From a virus (lineage: Duplodnaviria; Caudoviricetes): a DNA stretch of 39,944 nt. This document shows positions 33,901 through 39,944 of the stretch, piece after piece. A model generated the notes under the pieces. It saw only the letters and a program-made list of their open reading frames with translations, did not search any database and was not told the origin of the DNA. Positions within the stretch are counted from its first letter, which is position 1; each line of letters starts with the position of its first letter. The stretch is taken from positions 1-39,944 of IMG/VR virus record IMGVR_UViG_3300033407_000052; one strand, given 5' to 3'. A program made the translations under genes and the position numbers.

Positions 33901-35276
33901 GCGAAGTGCCATTAATGCAAAAATCTCGTTTTGCACAGATGATTGCCCCATTCCAACTAGAAGTACAGAATATGTGGCACGTTCAAGGCGATTTTGTCGG
34001 TAATAAAGAGTTCGGCAAGTTAGCTAAAATGACTGCTCTGATGTTCCTTATGAACCGAGGGGCTGAGAAAATCAGGGGTTCGGATGTAGCATTTGACCCC
34101 ATCCAAGCCACTATAGAAGCCTTTGACGCTTACGCCGAAGAAGAAGATAAAAAGATTGGTGCGCTAAGAGCTGGTGGTAGGTTGGGCGGTGAGGTGCTAT
34201 CTAACGTAATAGGCGGACAGACAGTGGCTTCAATCTACCCTGAATACGGTATGGAGGTCAGAAAAGACGATCCCGATACTCCAGAGAGCGAACGTGAGGT
34301 AGTAACCCGCAAAGAGCTATTTGGCAAAGGCGACCCAACTAGATTCGGCGGTGGTGCTTTACTGACTAAAGGTATCTCCGACCCGCTATACAAGTTAGCT
34401 CCCCCATTTGGCGGACAACAAGTAAAACGTACACTTGAAAGCAAGGGAGTTTTCGATAAAGGTGTCAGCGAATCTAAGTCTGGTGCGATTCGTTTTCCCG
34501 TTGAAGACGACTTTATGAATCAACTACAAGGTTTAATTTTCGGACAATATGCCACAAAAGAGGGGCGCAAATACACCAGCGAAGACCTAGGAGTTCTAGG
34601 TAAAGACCAGTCCGAAATGATAAGAGACCTACCTAAAGACAAACGTCAACAGTATTATGACGCAGTTATCGGGCTAAGGGACTCTGATAAACCGGCTACT
34701 GGTAGAAACGTGGCTAAGGAACTGGGCAACCAAACAGGTGATTACAATTACTACGATCAAGGTTACGGACTGTCTACAAGCAAAAAACCAGCCCTGTCAA
34801 ATGCCAAGCAAATGCTCAAAGGGTCAGGTTTTGAGGGTATCCCAGACAAAGCAGTTGATGAATACCTGAAACGCAATAACCTAAAACGGGAAGATGTCCA
34901 ATATGCCGTTGATGCCGATCAAAACACTGATGAGAAACTAAAGTATATAGACAAGAACATTAAAGACCGTGAGCAACTACTATCTTACCTAAAAGATGGC
35001 CGAAAGAAATCCTTGTCAGGTGATTACCGAGCCAACGATAAATTATTGAGGACTTTATACGATAACGGGGTTTTATCTAATAAAGAATACTATGGCCTAA
35101 AAAACATAAAGGACGGGGTTTATGGGACATCATCTAAATCTGGCAAGAAATCGGGTGGAAAAGGCAGAAAAGGTGGCAAAAAGGGTAAGTATGATTACAA
35201 GATGTTCGGACTAATCTCCGATCCGCTAACTACTTCTAAATCATTAAGACAACTTTTGAAGGAGGCAAAATTATGA
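30927..35276 (+). CDS. Large putative ejection / polyvalent protein (1449 aa)
   Basis: No Cys, low-complexity N-terminal linkers, large helical core, 'APPFGGQQVKRT' pattern, embedded LYRG domain. Confidence 0.7.
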   Translation: MAFSLRNFLEEAYAEVNPFDGGKTATTIRANRNIPPAQTQRRYAPGSSVRGTAAHRLDQIQASKIPQGLSRGSRLAEMAAITSRDTPLTPVSTPTLNNLRNATRETFSQRNPVVKGMQSVPRGIEEASRTLLRTGSQLAPIKPNRMPTFDAPAPTGLHRALVGGESSFTGEPGIKTFQSQGETLNKSLTGAGYPGLGKAAEDYAPVVGFGLVASDFVTGGGGSQLTKQLAKQGTKQAVKQTTKKAGLNLTDDALELIARTKNKGEIDNILRSELKPKPTTKLVPQATSPQVGKTGKGVGETPLYRGMTSSEWNDIQNGGVSANKKTGKAFVGAKSDAEMTVEAHSRSGKKGNVVVEYKPTARGKLVSGENLGTNTGGNLPGEYQAKGLGLSDISKVTDENGKVIYRDSAQPKSPPITPFEQDLQRAGIKPTQARVPSQTRRTPSVQPQSSQIAPQPVDRAGSKGTSPTQRGAGTGEPIPGQKLLPSPETIQLTPAQAKQRFKSLNKQGRPFEISNPQKDVGYFTVSPNGTVKKGKDAFNIKIKQRGTEKSIVVDPNKPLLDIDPNNIGPVKDITNYAKGLKDFFRNTERVFGSMGEKPLKEVKEQVLNPFDDSKGKFIDTQNQLLDELDTTIVKGLGIKPKSKMSAAVQTFGEGLKGEKEVAGLVGKFGRDKAVKIIEADRFFRSKYDSLLDEINKARAKTYPGQPDKLIPKRGNYYRHFTELQEGLGAIKNIFDTPANIDPSLAGVSDFTQPKSKWLSIAQKRLGNKTEVDAVSGYLNYVRQASYAQNIDPHIKRIHDLRDQLVDLFPEGDVRRGSLNNYIEYLSDFANELAGKTNPADRVVQKFIPGGRTTFRAMDWMNRRVKANVILGNASSSLAQVFNLPQGISDAGVGNASKGLPNAIRSILGHSSPADNSTFLKERYFKGYDKFDSGILTKPKKFAAWMITVGDEIGTKIIHSAEYQKALKTMSPADAIKFADNQTRKMVAGRGIGEVPLMQKSRFAQMIAPFQLEVQNMWHVQGDFVGNKEFGKLAKMTALMFLMNRGAEKIRGSDVAFDPIQATIEAFDAYAEEEDKKIGALRAGGRLGGEVLSNVIGGQTVASIYPEYGMEVRKDDPDTPESEREVVTRKELFGKGDPTRFGGGALLTKGISDPLYKLAPPFGGQQVKRTLESKGVFDKGVSESKSGAIRFPVEDDFMNQLQGLIFGQYATKEGRKYTSEDLGVLGKDQSEMIRDLPKDKRQQYYDAVIGLRDSDKPATGRNVAKELGNQTGDYNYYDQGYGLSTSKKPALSNAKQMLKGSGFEGIPDKAVDEYLKRNNLKREDVQYAVDADQNTDEKLKYIDKNIKDREQLLSYLKDGRKKSLSGDYRANDKLLRTLYDNGVLSNKEYYGLKNIKDGVYGTSSKSGKKSGGKGRKGGKKGKYDYKMFGLISDPLTTSKSLRQLLKEAKL

Positions 35277-35343
35277 TACAATCTAAACAACAGACTGACG
35301 CTTCGACGAACTGGACGGTGAATTACACTACCAGGAGACAGAC

Positions 35344-36219
35344 ATGAAGCTCAGCACATTCTATACAAGAACATCGTATGCCTTGAGAGGTAACGATGAA
35401 GAAAGCCCTGAACACGGCAGTGAAGAAGCAACTTATTGGCTCTCCGTTCTTAATCAGAAGATTGAGGAGCTTGCTCAAGATGTCACAAAACAGTGGAGAT
35501 TTACGTTTAAGGAAACCGCCCCCAACGAACCCGGAACTGTAGCAACTACCGCAACCACTACCCTAACTGGAACTTCTACCAACTTCCTAGATTACCGAGT
35601 AGGGGATAAAATTACTGTATCCGGCGAAACTGTCCGCACGATTGCTACTATCACTTCTGACACTGTTTTAACTGTTACGGTAGCGTTTTCTAACACCGCC
35701 TCAGCTAAGACCTTTACTTTGGCTACGATCATCGCTACTGGTGTTGAAACCTACAGTCTACATAGGAACTTCCTAGCTCCCTCAGATAAGGTCTATATCA
35801 CGACCACCGGTGATAACAGGGTTTACTTTGACATAATCCAACCTCAAGAGCGTACTACTGAAACTCAAAATGTCTTCTTATCTGACGAAAGCCCCGAAAC
35901 TATCAACTTCTCAGATGACATAGAATCCACTAACAACATAGTGGGCGGGACTTTGACTGTGCCAGGATATTACTCTCCTGCGGCGGTAACGGCTACAACT
36001 GATGATTTACCTGTGCCTGACCCTAACTGGGCGGTGTATATCGTGGCAAGTGAAATCGCCGAAAACGACATCACATATGAAGACAAATCGGCCAATTTAA
36101 ATAATAAGGCCAACTCTTTATATAGCATGATGATTCGTAGAAATCGCAGGGGTACATATAACAATCCTAGAACATCTACTTACAACGTAAAAAGAATCAG
36201 AAACACGGAGACACAGTAA
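35344..36219 (+). CDS. Putative head-tail adaptor with inserted beta domain
   Basis: Helical termini, 'TGVETYSL' and 'TDDLPVPD' patterns, precedes the tail tube gene. Confidence 0.55.
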   Translation: MKLSTFYTRTSYALRGNDEESPEHGSEEATYWLSVLNQKIEELAQDVTKQWRFTFKETAPNEPGTVATTATTTLTGTSTNFLDYRVGDKITVSGETVRTIATITSDTVLTVTVAFSNTASAKTFTLATIIATGVETYSLHRNFLAPSDKVYITTTGDNRVYFDIIQPQERTTETQNVFLSDESPETINFSDDIESTNNIVGGTLTVPGYYSPAAVTATTDDLPVPDPNWAVYIVASEIAENDITYEDKSANLNNKANSLYSMMIRRNRRGTYNNPRTSTYNVKRIRNTETQ

Positions 36220-36905
36220 TGCCTAGTGGCTCAAAGAACGGAATGTTCGGCAAAAAACACTCCCCTGAGACTATTGAGAAGATACGACAGGCTCATTTAG
36301 GCAAGAAGCTGTCTGAAGAACATAAAAAAAAGGTAGGCTTAGCTGGAATAGGAAGAACCCCCTGGAATAGGGGCAAATCTCACACACCCGAGACGGTAGA
36401 AAAGATGAAATTAGCTAACACTGGCAATAACAACGGTATGTATGGTAAACGCCATTCACCTGAGTCCATAGAGAAAATGAGACAAGCCAAGCTAGGTAAA
36501 AAACACACAAAAGAGCATAACGAAAAGATTGGCATTAGTGGAAAAGGGATTAAACCATCCGAAGAAACTAGATTAAAAATGAGTCTATGGCAACGTGGTG
36601 AGGGACATTGGAACTGGCAGGGTGGCAAAACAACTAAAAATGCCCAAGAGCGTAAATACTTTTCTACCGTAATAGGTCCTAAAGTCTTTGCTAGAGATAA
36701 CTATACTTGCCAGATATGCGATGAATACTGCGGCGATTTACACGCTGATCATATCAAAAGCTGGGCTAAATATCCCGAATTACGCTTTGAGATTGACAAT
36801 TGCAGAACACTGTGCCGTCCTTGCCACTACTATGTAACCCTTAAAAAGAAAATGCCACCTGGCTCTAGGTGGGGGATTAAAAGACATGCCGTATACCCTA
36901 AATAG
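36219..36905 (+). CDS. NUMOD3-repeat HNH homing endonuclease
   Basis: Repeated 'GKKHS.E..EK.R.A', 'RDNYTCQIC...LHADHI...NCRTLCRPCH'. Confidence 0.9.
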   Translation: MPSGSKNGMFGKKHSPETIEKIRQAHLGKKLSEEHKKKVGLAGIGRTPWNRGKSHTPETVEKMKLANTGNNNGMYGKRHSPESIEKMRQAKLGKKHTKEHNEKIGISGKGIKPSEETRLKMSLWQRGEGHWNWQGGKTTKNAQERKYFSTVIGPKVFARDNYTCQICDEYCGDLHADHIKSWAKYPELRFEIDNCRTLCRPCHYYVTLKKKMPPGSRWGIKRHAVYPK

Positions 36906-38895
36906 CAAGCGTTCTTCCAGAAAAGCAAGAAAAAAGGTGGATTTACATCAAAATTCATTCAAAAAAGGATATATTTCTACAATCGCTCAATCTAGGCGAC
37001 CCCAAGACTCACTGTCAGACTTGACAAACATGGAAATTGTCCAGGATTTCGTAGCCCGCCCCCGTCCTCCAATGGAACGATACGGCACTCAACCCGCTAA
37101 CACTATTATAGGCAGAGGAATGATTAGATATGGCGGCAACAGGTCGATTATCTGGATGCAAGACACTGGAGCTAACGGACAGTTATTCAAACAAACCGAT
37201 GGTGGGAGTTTTACCGCCCTCGGCGGGACTTACGATGACGAGGCGTGGGCTTCCTGTGTCCAATCTAAGGCTAAGGCGTACGTTTGGAATGGGGTAGACA
37301 ACTTATCCTATATCGACCTTACAGACGACTCCATCAACACCTATACAGCCCTTACAACTCCCGCCATAACCTCAGTAGCCAAAACTGGTATGACTGGTAC
37401 GGCGTTTACTCATTATTACAGGGTGTCGGCTAACAACGAAGTGGGTGAGTCTATCGCTTCCGTAGCGGGTTCGGTGACTTCGGGAAAAGTTAGAGATGCG
37501 TGGATTGAAAACACCGACTATATAACTGTTACTTTAACAGCAGCCGTTACAGGGGCTACAAGCTACACCTACTACTACGGAGACTCTAGCGATACCCTAA
37601 ACGAGCTTTACACGGTAGCTGGTAACGGAAACCTGACCTTTATAGATTATGGCACTCTAGCTACTAATCCTTTCAAACTAGCCCCTGAAGGCAACTCTAC
37701 CGAAGGGGCGGTATTCCGCTGGATGTATGTCGATACTAAGAACTCTCAGATATTCGGCATAGACAACGAAAATAAACTATATTATTCGGCTCCAGGAACA
37801 GGCGATTTCTCACCTTACAACGGTGGTGGGTATGTGACGATAGATGAGGACGGAGACACGGAGCTAAACTTTGTATCAGGGTTTAGAGATGGTAAAGGCG
37901 ATCCGGTTATTACAGTTTCAGCTCGTGGAGCGGCGGGAAAAGGCAAACTTTATCATGTTACTTTTTCGACCTTAACTGTAGGCGACCAAGCTATTATTTA
38001 TGCGGATGTTTACGAAGCCAACGGACAAGCTGGAACTTACGCCCCCAGAGCTACTATCAAAGAACGGGACTCACTGTGGTATCCGACTGGAGAGGATTTT
38101 AAGAGTACCGGAACCTCCCAGAATATTTTGAATATTCTAACGACCAACACCGTTTCTCAAGTCATTGAGCCAGACGTAGACAAAATATCTACGATGTACT
38201 TAGACAAAGCTGTGGGTCTTGCGAATAAAGATAAATTATATTTTGCCCTACCAGTAGGCTCAACTGAGAATAACGAGATTTGGTACATCGACCTCTCTCG
38301 TAAAAACCTGTGGGTATTGAGATGGCTTGTGCCAGCTAAAGACCTATGGCTATACGAAGATAACGATGGAGCTACCCACTTCTGCGCTTTGGTGAACAAT
38401 GTAATCTTAGAGTTCACACGAGCAGGGGCTACTACTCATCAAGACGATGGGACAGCTTGGAGTAGCAGAATAGCTTACGAAACCCTAGTGTGGGACGAGG
38501 ACGGTATCACACTAGGGAAGATTAGACGACAATACTTCAAGTTTCTAAACCCATCAGGGGAAATAAACGTCAACGCTGTGGGACTCTCTCGGCGAGGTGT
38601 ACAGGCTTCGGCTGGTTCAGACACATTTGTTACCAGCACAACTTTTACAGGAATCGGCCAGTGGACATATTCAGAACTTGGCGGAGATAACTTCATAGGT
38701 GGACATCAGTACGGCGAAGACCCAGGCTCAATAGAAACCTATGGTAAGAGTGTGGCTATTTTAGAGATAAAACCCAAAGGACTCCTAGCCGAGTTAAGCT
38801 GGGAAGTTACCGCCGATACTTCGGGGACTGACTATATTTTGAGTGCTGTACGGACTAAGGGCCAGTCGCTTGACGATTTGGTATTAAAGACGTGA
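36886..38895 (+). CDS. Putative tail tube / nozzle (stabilisation) protein
   Basis: 669 aa beta-propeller-like composition, located between adaptor and fibre. Confidence 0.6.
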   Translation: MPYTLNSKRSSRKARKKVDLHQNSFKKGYISTIAQSRRPQDSLSDLTNMEIVQDFVARPRPPMERYGTQPANTIIGRGMIRYGGNRSIIWMQDTGANGQLFKQTDGGSFTALGGTYDDEAWASCVQSKAKAYVWNGVDNLSYIDLTDDSINTYTALTTPAITSVAKTGMTGTAFTHYYRVSANNEVGESIASVAGSVTSGKVRDAWIENTDYITVTLTAAVTGATSYTYYYGDSSDTLNELYTVAGNGNLTFIDYGTLATNPFKLAPEGNSTEGAVFRWMYVDTKNSQIFGIDNENKLYYSAPGTGDFSPYNGGGYVTIDEDGDTELNFVSGFRDGKGDPVITVSARGAAGKGKLYHVTFSTLTVGDQAIIYADVYEANGQAGTYAPRATIKERDSLWYPTGEDFKSTGTSQNILNILTTNTVSQVIEPDVDKISTMYLDKAVGLANKDKLYFALPVGSTENNEIWYIDLSRKNLWVLRWLVPAKDLWLYEDNDGATHFCALVNNVILEFTRAGATTHQDDGTAWSSRIAYETLVWDEDGITLGKIRRQYFKFLNPSGEINVNAVGLSRRGVQASAGSDTFVTSTTFTGIGQWTYSELGGDNFIGGHQYGEDPGSIETYGKSVAILEIKPKGLLAELSWEVTADTSGTDYILSAVRTKGQSLDDLVLKT

Positions 38896-38958
38896 AGTAT
38901 ACTTTTATGAATAATGATAAATCACTAGCAATAAGATATAATAGGAAAGGAGAATAAA

Positions 38959-39582
38959 ATGCCTAAACAAATAAACTACTGCAAAGTCGAAGATTGCGAA
39001 ACTCGTTGTCATGGTAATGGGCTTTGTGTAAGGCATTACAAGCAGGTGTATCGACATGGGAAAGTATTTACTACTATTTACGAACCTCGTAAAGCTATCC
39101 TTAGAAAAAATGATGCCCTTATCCCGTTGGGTGTAGAGGCGAAAGATGGCTATGCTATTGTGGACAGAGAATACGCTTACTTGGATAAGCACAAGTGGGT
39201 ACTCGTTGACGGTTACGCAAAGACTACCCCTAATCGTTCAGGGACTGTTGGTATGCACAGGTATATATTAGGCGATAAGACAGGGTTCGAGATCGACCAC
39301 AAGAATGGTAACCCCTTAGACAATCGAAAAGACAATCTGCGACACTGTACCCACCACCAGAACACGCTTAACGCAAGAGGTAAACGAAGCAATGAATATA
39401 AAGGCATTTACCTTCACAGTAACGGGAAAAAGTTTGCCGCACAGATTTCATTCAGAGGTAGAACTTATTATCTTGGGTTATTTATAGATGAAAAGGAGGC
39501 CGCACTGGCATACGATAAAAAGGCAAAAGAGCTACACGGAAAGTTCGCTAGACTGAACTTTACTGAAGGGGGGGTAGTCTAG
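38959..39582 (+). CDS. HNH endonuclease with AP2 domain
   Basis: 'MHR.I......IDHKNGNPLDNRKDNLR', 'YKGI......F.AQI......YLGLF..EKEAA.AYD..A..LHG.FA.LNF'. Own TATAAT at 38937-38942. Confidence 0.92.
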   Translation: MPKQINYCKVEDCETRCHGNGLCVRHYKQVYRHGKVFTTIYEPRKAILRKNDALIPLGVEAKDGYAIVDREYAYLDKHKWVLVDGYAKTTPNRSGTVGMHRYILGDKTGFEIDHKNGNPLDNRKDNLRHCTHHQNTLNARGKRSNEYKGIYLHSNGKKFAAQISFRGRTYYLGLFIDEKEAALAYDKKAKELHGKFARLNFTEGGVV

Positions 39583-39944
39583 TGGCCGCCTCTGCTAGCG
39601 ACAAGTTCCTTGAGGTGGGCAGCCCAGGAACCGCCACCACCCTATCTAGCCCAGGGTACACTTCAGGTGTAAGTACATCTATTACCGTAGCCTCTACTAC
39701 AGGCTGGCCTACGGCTACGGGCATTGTTTTCGCCATTGATGAAGCTACCACTAACGCCGCTGGGGAAGAAGTCCGAGTAGACGGCACTTATAACGAGTTC
39801 GTCGGTACAGTGGCTTCGGCTACCTCGATCACCAATGTAGATTACGTTGACGGTGACGCTGAGCGATCATATTCAGCAGGAGCTACTACTAGGGTTTATA
39901 TCCCAGTTTCAGCTACTAGGGAGAATAGATTAGCTCAGGGTATG
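39582..39944 (+). CDS. Tail fibre / tail protein N-terminal part (3'-truncated)
   Basis: GTG start overlapping the HNH stop. Open to the window end: MAASASDKFLEVGSPGTATTL...SITVASTTGWPT... Confidence 0.65.
   Translation, partial: MAASASDKFLEVGSPGTATTLSSPGYTSGVSTSITVASTTGWPTATGIVFAIDEATTNAAGEEVRVDGTYNEFVGTVASATSITNVDYVDGDAERSYSAGATTRVYIPVSATRENRLAQGM

Noticed and set aside
36230-36580. Novel tandem repeat
   Set aside because: Explained by NUMOD3 motifs of the homing endonuclease.
15719-39787. Many minus-strand ORFs opposite late genes (e.g. 20163-20696, 21652-21918, 25744-26265)
   Set aside because: Ser/Leu/Phe-rich shadows of strongly coding + strand genes, without RBS.
1-39944. Stop-codon reassignment
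   Set aside because: Long genes are intact in the standard code, and TGA, TAG and TAA all end genes at coupled junctions.
39900-39944. Terminal direct repeat / circular overlap with position 1
   Set aside because: No meaningful sequence match between the two ends.

Overview
Near-complete (~40 kb), circularly permuted genome of a tailed dsDNA phage with podovirus-like architecture. No tape-measure or major-tail gene is seen, and there are large putative ejection proteins. Both window ends fall in tail-fibre-like genes. The + strand carries the late genes: TerS, TerL, portal, scaffold, major capsid, accessory virion proteins, ejection proteins, adaptor, tail tube/nozzle with two flanking HNH endonucleases, tail fibre and an M23-endolysin lysis cluster. 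The - strand (4446-13766) is one densely packed early operon of small genes with a Rad52-like annealing protein, a YqaJ exonuclease and a NinB-like gene. No integrase, CI-type repressor, DNA polymerase or helicase was recognised. TGA is used as a stop. A CPR/Saccharibacteria-like host is only an inference. Most unusual: (1) a family of small early proteins built from nucleotide-identical constant blocks interleaved with unrelated variable segments, with shared gene-boundary repeats, suggesting a recombination-driven scaffold/insert shuffling system; (2) an early/late control region (13770-14350) that appears to be run by several small structured or antisense RNAs rather than a repressor; (3) two inverted paralogs of an RLIG1/C12orf29-like RNA ligase; (4) a ~250-nt structured ncRNA candidate, a gene enclosed by a 24-bp inverted repeat, and an alternative-stem RNA switch before a membrane-anchored HEXXH protein. 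All calls were made by eye, without database searches.
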